Translations under genes and position numbers: made by a program
Shown: one piece after another, positions 37,277 to 45,845 of the stretch
How positions within the stretch are numbered: position 1 is the first letter of the stretch
How the letters are laid out: every line of letters starts with the position of its first letter
Origin: a virus
Reading direction: 5' to 3' (one strand)
IMG/VR virus record: IMGVR_UViG_3300048925_000129
Length of the DNA stretch: 64,000 nucleotides
Notes under the pieces: model-generated
The model's input: only the letters and a program-made list of their open reading frames with translations
The model's database searches: none
Told to the model about the DNA's origin: nothing

Positions 37277-38953
37277 TTATAGAACTTCTACTCTTTGAAT
37301 CAGTTCCTGAGACAATGCCTCTCTCACTAATTCGGCTGCTGTTTTAATCTTGGTGTTAGTCAAGAATCCTACAGTGGTAGCAGAGTACCCACTGAAGTAG
37401 AATACGTTTTGAACGTCTCCGTAAGTTTCGAACTTCTCTCCAGTCCCTCTACCATAGTATCCTGACTGTAGGTTCCAAAGAACGATTACGAAGCTATCTA
37501 CATACTCTTTAGAGAACCCAGCTCTTCTCAAAGTTTCCTTTGCAGTTTCAACGTTAGTTTTACCTAATTGGCTTGGGTTAAATTCACTATCAGATATACA
37601 TAGGATTCCCGATGGGAAATCTTGTTCTGAAACTCCACTCTGTTTCAACCTAACGAATAGGTTAATTACTGATTGGAAGTTAGTACCCCCAATGTAAGAA
37701 GAGTGATCATTCTTCCATTTGTCTACTGGAGTTTGACCTTTCCAGGTATGCATCTGAGCATCAGAGTTGAACTCGATCCATGCATTTGCAAACTTACCAG
37801 TTAAGAACTCAGAGAAGTAAAGGGCAAGTGCTTTACCAATATCGTAGCAGCTCATCTTAGTTCCAGTAGCTACACTACTCATTGAACCAGATGTATCTCT
37901 TACAACAATTAGATTAGTCTGTCCAGATTCACCACCTTTTTGAACAAGAGTAGTAAACTGCTTGTTAATGGTTTCAACTTCATTAGGAGTAACTGATCTT
38001 CTAGACTGCTTACCTAGACCTTCGAATAACTCGTGAACGAATCCAGTATACTTCACCTCCTTAGTTTCTGGAGCCTTGATCCACTCTGCATACTTGTCAG
38101 AAAGTTTCTGGTTAAATAGGAACTTACCTTGAACAAGTTTTGAAAGAGCTCTACCATGAACTTTGTTGAAGTCAATTCTATCAAATTGCTTTGTAGAGAT
38201 TAGCTTCTGCCATTCATGAGCTGTACCAGAAGTTTTTAACTTTCTGTACTGCTTGTAAGTAGAACCTGCATTTTCTTTAGTACCAAACACAAGTGAGCAG
38301 ATCCACTTTGCAATCATTGTATCAGCCTGAGCTTCTACAGTTTTACAAGATGATTTAGCCTTGATTTGTGGCAAATACTTCTTAATTAAATCACTGGTGT
38401 TTGAATTTTCTAATCCTGAAAGGATAAGTTCACCAAACTTTTTCCAGTTTAATTTTCTTCCGTTCCAACCGTGATGAACAAGGTCATAAGAAAGCATCGT
38501 GAAGATATCTTTCCATGATCCTGCTGAGATCATCAATCCTACGTTAGCCCAGAAAGTTTTTTCATCCTTGAAGTGTAACCATAAGAATCTCATGATACCT
38601 TCATGTCTTAGCTCACCTCCTTTTTGTGATTCGGCAGTCATAGTACCATCTTGATACATTGTCTGTCTTGAGATCATTCTTAAGAAGATAGAGAAAGCTA
38701 CTGCATCCCACTTATCATCTGCCCATAACATTTCGGCATCTCTGGTGATATCCTGGAAAGATCTTGGTGCTTTGAATTTACCCATAACTCCGAACTGGTC
38801 AACTAATGTTGAACCTGTTGAGGAATATTTTAGGGCTCCGTTCCCTGATAGTGTTTCTGCTCCTTTCTTTAAAGATGCATTAACGAATGCAGATGTTGCT
38901 TGTGTGTTTTTTGGAGTTACCTCGAATAAACTTTTTTGTTTGCTGTCGAACAT
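37277..38953 (-). CDS. TROVE/Ro60-like helical plus vWA protein (DUF2828-like)
   Basis: NGA..YSSTG, GSWKD, C-terminal vWA VRDTSGSM, GGTNF, ISDSEFN, LWNL, SGYS. Confidence 0.8.
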   Translation of the reverse strand: MFDSKQKSLFEVTPKNTQATSAFVNASLKKGAETLSGNGALKYSSTGSTLVDQFGVMGKFKAPRSFQDITRDAEMLWADDKWDAVAFSIFLRMISRQTMYQDGTMTAESQKGGELRHEGIMRFLWLHFKDEKTFWANVGLMISAGSWKDIFTMLSYDLVHHGWNGRKLNWKKFGELILSGLENSNTSDLIKKYLPQIKAKSSCKTVEAQADTMIAKWICSLVFGTKENAGSTYKQYRKLKTSGTAHEWQKLISTKQFDRIDFNKVHGRALSKLVQGKFLFNQKLSDKYAEWIKAPETKEVKYTGFVHELFEGLGKQSRRSVTPNEVETINKQFTTLVQKGGESGQTNLIVVRDTSGSMSSVATGTKMSCYDIGKALALYFSEFLTGKFANAWIEFNSDAQMHTWKGQTPVDKWKNDHSSYIGGTNFQSVINLFVRLKQSGVSEQDFPSGILCISDSEFNPSQLGKTNVETAKETLRRAGFSKEYVDSFVIVLWNLQSGYYGRGTGEKFETYGDVQNVFYFSGYSATTVGFLTNTKIKTAAELVREALSQELIQRVEVL

Positions 38954-38982
38954 CTTATTATGATTTTTGGTTAATTTTTGAT

Positions 38983-39279
38983 TTAGTTTTTACCATTTCC
39001 CTTTTCTGGAAATTTATGAATTCTAATTGGAAGAAATCCTAATTCTTCACATAAGTTTCTTAAAACTTCTAACTTAGAATCATCTCCTTTTTCTATTTTC
39101 CCATCAAACAAAGCTTCAATTACTTCTCCATCTCCTAAGGAAATAAATCCATTTTGAATATGTCTTTCAGCTAGAAGTGAATATGCTTGAATTTTTGCCT
39201 GAAACTTTACCTGCTCTTTGTTAGCTTCTAATTGAATTCTAATTAGTTCTGCTTGTCTATAAAACTCTTGATCTGTCAT
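38983..39279 (-). CDS. hypothetical protein
   Basis: Follows promoter 39298-39357. Confidence 0.5.
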   Translation of the reverse strand: MTDQEFYRQAELIRIQLEANKEQVKFQAKIQAYSLLAERHIQNGFISLGDGEVIEALFDGKIEKGDDSKLEVLRNLCEELGFLPIRIHKFPEKGNGKN

Positions 39280-39498
39280 TTGTTTAATTATTACTTTGCA
39301 AAGATACAAAAAGTTTTCTTAATATGCAAATTTATTTTGTTAAAGTTTTGTTAAAGTTTTTCGATTATAGAGAAGACAATAAAAATTATGTTCTCAACTG
39401 GTATGTTATAAATCCATCTCATAGTATGTAAAATAAAAAATGTTGCTAATATAAGACTTCACATACTAACAACATTCAATCTACCTTCTTGTAGTTTG

Positions 39499-39570
39499 TG
39501 TGATAACGGGACTCGAACCCTGACTACCAATTTCACAGGTTGGCATGCTAACCTTTACATCATTATCACC
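39499..39570 (-). tRNA. tRNA-His (GTG)
   Basis: Cloverleaf, CT-GTG-AA, G-1 encoded. Confidence 0.85.
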
Positions 39571-39627
39571 ATATAAAGTATCTTTTATTTAAGGGGTTGA
39601 AAGATACAAAACTATCCCTAATTTTAT

Positions 39628-40020
39628 TTAGTAGTTCACTACTCTTACTGGTTTACCAAGATTTTTCATGAGGTCTATCATATTTTTTGTTCCTCTACTC
39701 TTGCCATCCCAAAAAGCTATAAGTACATCTCCTACTTCGGACATCTCTTCATTCCTAATTGGACCAGCAGCATTCCCATACATTTTCCAGTCGGCTGGCA
39801 TAGGAATAACATTGTGATTACTCTCAGCAGCATAAAGCTCTCCAAGTCCATCTGCTCCAAAGACATTAATACCATCTGATGTGGTAAAAGTCTTGGTTCC
39901 CGTGGAGCATCTTCCTGAAACTATTTCGATGTCTCTATGATTCCTAAGGAAATTATCACATTTTGTTTTAACGAGACGATAATCATTCAGATCTCTGCCT
40001 CCTGCTATTATGACTTTCAT
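39628..40020 (-). CDS. SLOG/DUF2493 (YspA-like) protein
   Basis: IIAGGR, GAD, AGPIRN.EM, AFWDGKSRGT. Confidence 0.88.
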   Translation of the reverse strand: MKVIIAGGRDLNDYRLVKTKCDNFLRNHRDIEIVSGRCSTGTKTFTTSDGINVFGADGLGELYAAESNHNVIPMPADWKMYGNAAGPIRNEEMSEVGDVLIAFWDGKSRGTKNMIDLMKNLGKPVRVVNY

Positions 40021-40442
40021 TAGGCTTCAGCAATTGCTTGCTTGATCTCATCAGCTTTATTAATACCTTTACACTCCTTGTTGATCATACCAAATAGTTT
40101 ACCTTCGTGGATGCCTGGATTATCTTCTTTAGTTTGTTTAACCAAAGACACTAATTCAGAATAGGTTAAGGCCTGAGGTAAGTACGACTCAAGAACTTTT
40201 AATTCTGATTCTTCCTTAACAGCAAGATCTATTCTTTTAGAAAGAGTGTAGGCATCAATAGATTGATTCCTTTTCTTAATTTCCCTAGAGATAAGTTTCG
40301 TAACTTCATCTTCAGTTAAATCTCTTCTTAAAGCTATTTTCTCGTTGTCTACTACACTTATTAAAAGTGACAGGGTTGTTTTTGCTACTATATCTTTTGC
40401 CTTTAAAGCTTTTACGTAGTCTTGTCTGATCTTTGATTCCAT
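40020..40442 (-). CDS. GatB/YqeY domain protein
   Basis: ALKAKD, EIKKR..SI..Y..R.DL..KE..E...L..YLP. Confidence 0.88.
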   Translation of the reverse strand: MESKIRQDYVKALKAKDIVAKTTLSLLISVVDNEKIALRRDLTEDEVTKLISREIKKRNQSIDAYTLSKRIDLAVKEESELKVLESYLPQALTYSELVSLVKQTKEDNPGIHEGKLFGMINKECKGINKADEIKQAIAEA

Positions 40443-40469
40443 TTTACTTTTGTTTTAATTATTGATTAG

Positions 40470-40540
40470 TGCAGGTAGGGAGAATCGAACTCCCGACTAA
40501 ACATTGGAAGTGTCCCGTGATACCACTTCACCACACCTGC
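40470..40540 (-). tRNA. tRNA-Gly (TCC), reconstituted copy
   Basis: Cloverleaf, CT-TCC-AA. Confidence 0.85.
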
Positions 40541-40958
40541 CTATTCTTTCCTGATAATGTAAGTCCCTATGACAGTTGGAACATAAAACCTCACATTTCT
40601 CTATTTCTTTTAATGCTCTAGATTTAGAACCACTCTTAAACAGAGCTCCAACTTCAGTATCCTTCTCGTCTGGATTAATATGGTGAAAATCTAAGACCCA
40701 CCATCTATCCTCTGGACATCTATTACATTTTAAATTTTTCTTTATTTCGAAAAATTCTTCCATAGAAGTTTGTCTATAAGCTTTAGATTTAGAAATATAT
40801 TTAGCTTTGTTAGCTTCATAATGTTTCTTTCTATATTCTTTCTGACATTCTCTACATTGCCACTGTAGAATTGTTTTTGTTTTCAATTTTTTAGTAGCAA
40901 AAAACTCTTCTGTCTCTGGTAATTCTTTTTTACAAGAACCACATATCTTCGTACACAT
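40497..40958 (-). mobile_element. HNH homing endonuclease
   Basis: CGSC, CREC, LDFHH, EIEKCEVLCSNCH. Confidence 0.88.
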
Positions 40959-41024
40959 ATTTATTAATTTATACAAAGATACAAAAAAGGTATCGAACTT
41001 CCAAACACATAAAATTAATTATTA

Positions 41025-41065
41025 GGCTTGGAAGGCTAGAGTATTAACCACTATACGATACCTGC
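41025..41065 (-). pseudogene. orphaned 5' half of tRNA-Gly (TCC)
   Basis: GCAGGTA-TCGTATAGTGGTTAATAC-TCTAGC-CTTCCAA-GC. Confidence 0.8.
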
Positions 41066-41160
41066 AATTATAATAGACCATCATACTCTCACTAATGTGA
41101 TTCGTGCACCTGATATACCTTGGGTATATAAGTAGATAGTTTTAGGGGCAACTATTATTG

Positions 41161-41234
41161 TCTCCAGTATAGGATTTGAACCTATGACAACTTCCTTATC
41201 AGAGAAGTGCTCTACCAGACTGAGCTAACTGGAG
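41161..41234 (-). tRNA. tRNA-Ile (GAT)
   Basis: Cloverleaf, CT-GAT-AA. Confidence 0.9.
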
Positions 41235-41259
41235 TTAAACCAGGTTTCCCTGGTATGTT

Positions 41260-41496
41260 TTATTTTTTATAGTGAATGTAAGATTTCACTCCTTTCATGG
41301 CTGCATCTTCTACAAGCCTCAAAGCTAAAGTTTTCAAACTCAAAATTTCAGAAGCTTCGTCTGGATTTAAATCTGCTGTCACATTATCATTAATGTAGTC
41401 GAAAAGCTCAATAGCTCTTTGTTTAATTCCATCAATTACTCCTTCACCTGAAGGGTTGAAATCACCAATTCTTTTTTGTCCTAAAGTTTTTTCCAT
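41260..41496 (-). CDS. Acb2/Tad1-like hairpin protein (candidate signal sponge)
   Basis: TLG..R..FNPSG..I..IK....L...LA...EDAAM.GVK. Confidence 0.5.
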   Translation of the reverse strand: MEKTLGQKRIGDFNPSGEGVIDGIKQRAIELFDYINDNVTADLNPDEASEILSLKTLALRLVEDAAMKGVKSYIHYKK

Positions 41497-42257
41497 TATA
41501 TATCTTTTCTTGTTACAATAAAATCTTCTATTGAGTTATCCTCTTCTAAAATTAGCTTACCAAATCCTGGAGCTATAATAAAATGTGTCCTATCATTTTG
41601 GTCTTCAGCAGGAATAATATCTGAAAAACCTGATTTTTTTGAAATTTCCATTTGGTCTTTAGTAAGTAGATAGATAAGTTCCATTAACTTCAAGTGGTTA
41701 GTTTTAACTTCCATTACTCTTTCTGTCCAAGGAATATGTCTTCCAGTATAATACACAAAGTGAATATGATTCCTTAATGTACCTCTTATATCAGTTTCAT
41801 CTGGATAAGGTTCTGTATTAAATCCATGTGAATGCCACATGTATTCACCTTTATCATTGGTTTCTTTATACTCAACATATAATTTACCCGTTTCACCAGC
41901 ATAGTACCTTTTCAAAACTTCTTCATGTTGTTTAGAAACATCAAATTGTACAGTATCAAATAAGTTTCCAGTAGAAGAATATTCTCCTAATACAAAACCA
42001 ATTCTTATCCATTTATCTGTACTTTGGATATCTTCTTTTGCTAAATAGACATCAGGATCAGTTGTTACTAACACAACTGCTTTAGCATCTTCAGTGACTA
42101 TAAATTGAACACCGTACATGGCATCATCTGTATAAACAGTATTTGGATCACTGAATATTCCTTTGAATATCTCTATTGGAATTCTAGATCCATCAATACC
42201 TAAGTAAATACTTGGGTCTCTTCCTTCTTTTTCTTTGTAAAATCTTTCTCGTATCAT
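41496..42257 (-). CDS. hypothetical protein
   Basis: 253 aa ORF. Confidence 0.65.
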   Translation of the reverse strand: MIRERFYKEKEGRDPSIYLGIDGSRIPIEIFKGIFSDPNTVYTDDAMYGVQFIVTEDAKAVVLVTTDPDVYLAKEDIQSTDKWIRIGFVLGEYSSTGNLFDTVQFDVSKQHEEVLKRYYAGETGKLYVEYKETNDKGEYMWHSHGFNTEPYPDETDIRGTLRNHIHFVYYTGRHIPWTERVMEVKTNHLKLMELIYLLTKDQMEISKKSGFSDIIPAEDQNDRTHFIIAPGFGKLILEEDNSIEDFIVTRKDI

Positions 42258-42463
42258 TTGTTAAAAATTTCATCTGAAAATAAATCAAGAATCCTATCTG
42301 GTTCTCCCCAATCGTGACCTCCATATTTGTGCACTTTAAACTCTTCAAAAGAGGCTATATTATAACCCTCTTGACCATGAATTACTTTTAGGTAAATAAA
42401 TCTTAATCTATACCACCAGTAAACCCTGAATTTATCATACTCATCTAATTCCTGAAATTTCAT
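42254..42463 (-). CDS. hypothetical protein
   Basis: ORF after promoter at about 42468. Confidence 0.5.
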   Translation of the reverse strand: MKFQELDEYDKFRVYWWYRLRFIYLKVIHGQEGYNIASFEEFKVHKYGGHDWGEPDRILDLFSDEIFNK

Positions 42464-42521
42464 TTTACAAATTTAAGAAACTTTTTTGACATGTGCAAGT
42501 TTTTAACAAACTTTAACATTG

Positions 42522-42593
42522 TAGACCTACTAGGATTCGAACCTAGATACCCTGAGTCAAAGTCAGGTGTACTAACCGTTGTACGATAGGTCT
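42522..42593 (-). tRNA. tRNA-Gln (TTG)
   Basis: Cloverleaf. Confidence 0.92.
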
Positions 42594-42596
42594 GTT

Positions 42597-42670
42597 TGGA
42601 GCCCAGAACAGGATTCGAACCTGTGTACCTAGTTTTGCAGACTAGTGTCTAACCACTCGACCACCTGGGC
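42597..42670 (-). tRNA. tRNA-Cys (GCA)
   Basis: Cloverleaf, CCA encoded. Confidence 0.92.
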
Positions 42671-42676
42671 AGCTTG

Positions 42677-42748
42677 AGCCTCTATCAGGAATCGAACCCG
42701 AATCTCAAGATTACAAATCATGTATAATAGCCGTTATACTACAGAGGC
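42677..42748 (-). tRNA. tRNA-Thr (TGT)
   Basis: Cloverleaf. Confidence 0.9.
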
Positions 42749-42751
42749 AAA

Positions 42752-42793
42752 TAAAAAATCCCTTGCAAAGTCGGTTGAGGATTCACAAGGGAT
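42752..42793 (-). terminator. attenuator-type terminator before tRNA-Thr
   Basis: ATCCCTTG..CAAGGGAT plus T6. Confidence 0.8.
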
Positions 42794-42825
42794 AGAAATT
42801 TATAAAAAATAAATTTGTGTATTGT

Positions 42826-42915
42826 CTATTCATAAATGACATCAGACAAAATCATCCCTGTTGAGTGCCCCTGGCAGCCAATAGTTATCTCGATATGTTG
42901 TCTAGTTGTTGTCAT
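42826..42915 (-). CDS. leader peptide B, MTTTRQHIEITIGCQGHSTGMILSDVIYE
   Basis: Lies between promoter (42935-43000) and terminator; residues 1-17 match downstream tRNAs. Confidence 0.75.
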   Translation of the reverse strand: MTTTRQHIEITIGCQGHSTGMILSDVIYE

Positions 42916-42934
42916 TGTTTAAATTTTTACTTCT

Positions 42935-43000
42935 GCAAATATACAAAATGTTTTTGACATATGCAAATTTCTAAAAGAAATTATTAGTTAAAGTTTTGTT
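42935..43000 (-). promoter_or_regulatory. promoter of tRNA operon B
   Basis: TTTGCATAT..TATATTTGC. Confidence 0.8.
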
Positions 43001-43220
43001 AAAAATAATAATACCAGTATTCATCGTGGAATAGCTGCATTTCTTGTTTTAAATTAATCTGCTTTTGGTGCTTATACATCCTATTGCCCTCACAAATGTT
43101 GCATCCACCATTATGTTCACAGAATTTAGATGGTCTTGTTCTGCTTCCATCTCTTACTGTTTTTAAGTGGTTAACACCCATCCATCTATGCTGAGATGGT
43201 TTTCTATAAGTTCTACTCAT
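42999..43220 (-). CDS. small basic Cys/His protein
   Basis: MSRTYRK, CEHNGGCNICEGNR. Confidence 0.6.
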   Translation of the reverse strand: MSRTYRKPSQHRWMGVNHLKTVRDGSRTRPSKFCEHNGGCNICEGNRMYKHQKQINLKQEMQLFHDEYWYYYF

Positions 43221-43236
43221 AAAAATAATTTAAGTG

Positions 43237-43320
43237 AGGAAGACAGAGAGCACGATTCCCAGACCCTGAGGTCCCATTTGTTTAGCAAACAAAGTCTATA
43301 CCCCGATAGATTTAACTTCC
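43237..43320 (-). tRNA. tRNA-Ser (GCT)
   Basis: Long variable arm, TT-GCT-AA, atypical T loop. Confidence 0.75.
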
Positions 43321-43328
43321 ATAATATG

Positions 43329-43409
43329 AGGAGGAAGTGGGACTCGAACTCTCAGACCCAGAGGGTCACAGTTTTCAAGACTGCTGCAATACCATTCTGC
43401 CAATCCTCC
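43329..43409 (-). tRNA. tRNA-Ser (TGA)
   Basis: Long variable arm, CT-TGA-AA. Confidence 0.88.
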
Positions 43410-43415
43410 GAATTG

Positions 43416-43772
43416 TTATTTTACAAAGATAGCCGTCTTACCAATAACTTCGTCTATATTTAGGTAGACAATTCTATCTTCTTTTTGTATATAGATGGCT
43501 AAAATGTCAAACTCATCAACTTCTATTTTATAGATAGTATTAGTATTTTTGTTTGATCTAATTCTTCTTAGCTCTATGTTATATTTGCCCAAACTATTTG
43601 GATCTTTGATAGTTGATTTAACAGATACTCTTTTAGACTCTCCATCTTTATAGATGAACAAATCAAAAGGTGCTTTACCACTCACTTGATTAAAAATGTG
43701 ATAACCTTTACTAGCTAAATCAGCCATTACTTTAATCTCACCTAATTGAGAATACATTGTTTTATTATCCAT
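43416..43772 (-). mobile_element. PD-(D/E)XK homing endonuclease (I-Ssp6803I-like)
   Basis: GEIKVMADL..GY.I, PFDL, RVSVKS, FDILAIY. Confidence 0.8.
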
Positions 43773-43799
43773 AGCTCTTCATCCAGCCAGATTCCCTCC
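43773..43799 (-). pseudogene. orphaned 5' fragment of tRNA-Ser
   Basis: GGAGGGA pairs fully (one G-U) with TTCCTCC of the downstream tRNA-Ser. Confidence 0.6.
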
Positions 43800-43856
43800 A
43801 ATTAAAAGCCCCAGAAATTGTGCATGCAAGCAAAGGCATCTGGGGGATTGATATTT

Positions 43857-44369
43857 TTATTTTAGCAAGTACTGCTCCCAATCTTTAGGAATTGTACCTA
43901 GATGTTTTATAAACATCAAGTAATGTGGTCTTTTAGGATTTGGATGTTCCTTACCCCACTCTTCTATTGTTAAGTCATTTTTTTCCGAGTTACACGGTTT
44001 ACATGCAGTAACTAAGTTGTCCCAAGTGTCTTTTCCACCTTTCGATTTAGGAATAACGTGGTCGATAGTCATTGCTCTTATTTCGTCTTCTCCACAATAC
44101 ACACAAGTGTAGTTATCTCTTTTGAAAACATTGTCCCTGTTACAAGGAACTTTGTGGATATCCAGGTTAATGAACCTTGGAACCCTGATAACTGATGGTC
44201 TGAAGATCTCTAAATCTGGATTAACCAAACCAAACTTCTCTGGGTGTTCATGCAGGATGTCTGCATTACCCTTAAGAGAAACTACATAAGCTCTTTCAGA
44301 TGTCACAATTTGTCTGGGTAAGTACTGTGAATCTAACACCAAGCACTTACGAAAATCTACTTTTTTCAT
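43857..44369 (-). CDS. HNH endonuclease (McrA-like)
   Basis: RDNYTCVYCG, TIDHVIPKSKGG..TWDNLV.AC..CN; start moved to 44369. Confidence 0.9.
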   Translation of the reverse strand: MKKVDFRKCLVLDSQYLPRQIVTSERAYVVSLKGNADILHEHPEKFGLVNPDLEIFRPSVIRVPRFINLDIHKVPCNRDNVFKRDNYTCVYCGEDEIRAMTIDHVIPKSKGGKDTWDNLVTACKPCNSEKNDLTIEEWGKEHPNPKRPHYLMFIKHLGTIPKDWEQYLLK

Positions 44370-44389
44370 TGTTACACTTTTTTGATTAG

Positions 44390-44470
44390 TACTGATAGTA
44401 GGACTCGAACCTACACCCCTTTCGGGAACAGTTTCTAAGACTGCCGTGTCTACCATTCCACCATACCAGC
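44390..44470 (-). tRNA. tRNA-Leu (TAG)
   Basis: Cloverleaf, long variable arm. Confidence 0.92.
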
Positions 44471-44586
44471 ATTTCCCCTAATTGCTTTTTGATACCAACC
44501 ACTGTCAGGCTATGAACCTTCATAAGTCAAGGGGATCGAACCCTTAGTTCATCAATATCCTACTACTTCAATTTGGATAGGATTTG

Positions 44587-44666
44587 TACTCCCACTGGGA
44601 CTCGAACCCAGACCCCGAAGGATAAGATTTTAAGTCTTACGTGTCTACCAATTCCACCATGAGAGC
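44587..44666 (-). tRNA. tRNA-Leu (TAA)
   Basis: Cloverleaf, long variable arm. Confidence 0.92.
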
Positions 44667-44672
44667 ATTTTG

Positions 44673-44745
44673 TGGACCGACAGGGGATCGAACCCTGGTT
44701 TAAAGTTTGCAAAACTTTGGTTTTAGCCAATTAAACTACCAGCCC
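44673..44745 (-). tRNA. tRNA-Ala (TGC)
   Basis: Cloverleaf with G3-U70. Confidence 0.9.
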
Positions 44746-44747
44746 AA

Positions 44748-45023
44748 TTATTTATTATCTTTGTTTCTTCCAATGTGATACCCATCACAGAAGACACATT
44801 TGTAAGTGCTAAAGTGCACTCCTTTCTTTTTCCCCATACTAATTGCTGACTTCAAAGCAGTCTCCTTGGTATTATACATAACCTTAGGCTTACCTGTATC
44901 TGCCCTCTGATGAGAATTTTTATGGAACATTCCCCAGGCATTTCTGGTAATAAAGAAATTTTTAATGAATCTCTTGAGTGGAAGCTGATCCTTCAATGCT
45001 ATTACTATGTTCTTTAGTTTCAT
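44748..45023 (-). CDS. hypothetical Zn-binding protein
   Basis: YKCVFCDGYHIG. Confidence 0.65.
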   Translation of the reverse strand: MKLKNIVIALKDQLPLKRFIKNFFITRNAWGMFHKNSHQRADTGKPKVMYNTKETALKSAISMGKKKGVHFSTYKCVFCDGYHIGRNKDNK

Positions 45024-45231
45024 ACTCTCCTTTTATAATTCTTACTATGTCCTTTGGTGATACTACTGTGCATCGTTTCATTACATCTTGAATTCTACCT
45101 TTAGGTATATCGTAATGATTTTTATGAAACCAGCAAATGTTGATCCCAAGGTCTCTAGCCATTTTATGCAGATTCTGTTTAGAATATGGCAAGCAGACTA
45201 GATGTCTTTTGTTATCACAAATATATTTCAT
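44962..45231 (-). CDS. DUF4031-like protein
   Basis: HL..LH.MA..LGI..WF..HYDI. Confidence 0.65.
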   Translation of the reverse strand: MKYICDNKRHLVCLPYSKQNLHKMARDLGINICWFHKNHYDIPKGRIQDVMKRCTVVSPKDIVRIIKGEYETKEHSNSIEGSASTQEIH

Positions 45232-45233
45232 TG

Positions 45234-45304
45234 TACCTCGTAAAGGAATCGAACCTTTTCCACTTGTATGTAAGACAAGGAAGCTACCGTTACATCAACG
45301 AGGC
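45234..45304 (-). tRNA. tRNA-Val (TAC)
   Basis: Cloverleaf. Confidence 0.88.
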
Positions 45305-45365
45305 ATACAACTATGTGAGTCCTAACTAAACTTATCTCACTTTTACTGGAACCCGTAGGTAGTTT

Positions 45366-45563
45366 TTAAATGTTGTTATTCCAGGTTCTATATCCTGTGG
45401 AAGGGTCAGTATCGACTTTCTTTCCAACAAATGTTATCTCCCAGAATTCTTCACCCAACTCTAGTAGTTGAACAAAATTTCCTTTCTTGGCATGTTTAGA
45501 ATCAATCCAGCATTGTGTGAATTCTTCTTTGCCTTTTTTCTTAAATGTGCATTGTGCCCACAT
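45366..45563 (-). CDS. hypothetical protein
   Basis: ORF between tRNAs. Confidence 0.55.
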   Translation of the reverse strand: MWAQCTFKKKGKEEFTQCWIDSKHAKKGNFVQLLELGEEFWEITFVGKKVDTDPSTGYRTWNNNI

Positions 45564-45580
45564 AACTTTAATTTTTACTG

Positions 45581-45654
45581 TGCCCCCAGAAGGACTCGAA
45601 CCTTCAGTCTACATCTTAAAAGGATGTTGCTTTAACCAATTCAGCTATAGGAGC
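45581..45654 (-). tRNA. tRNA-Lys (TTT)
   Basis: Cloverleaf. Confidence 0.9.
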
Positions 45655-45766
45655 TTTTCTTTCGATTTAGAGCAGAAATCGAACCCGAAACATATACTGC
45701 CTAGATTTCTTAATCCCCGAAAACGACCTTGCCTCAAGGCTTACAGCTTTAACTGATGGATTTTTG

Positions 45767-45838
45767 TCGGGTAGACAGGACTCGAACCTGCATCCTCTTG
45801 CTTCCAATGCAAGTAATCGACCATTGATATACTACCCG
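45767..45838 (-). tRNA. tRNA-Pro (TGG)
   Basis: Cloverleaf. Confidence 0.9.
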
Positions 45839-45845
45839 TAATATG

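Noticed and set aside
40470-43799. Group I introns in tRNA-Gly and tRNA-Ser
   Set aside because: No room for a ribozyme core, and the downstream tRNAs are already complete
43857-44456. ORF-track start at 44456 (similarly 14441)
   Set aside because: N-terminal extension runs through a tRNA gene; the internal ATG is preferred
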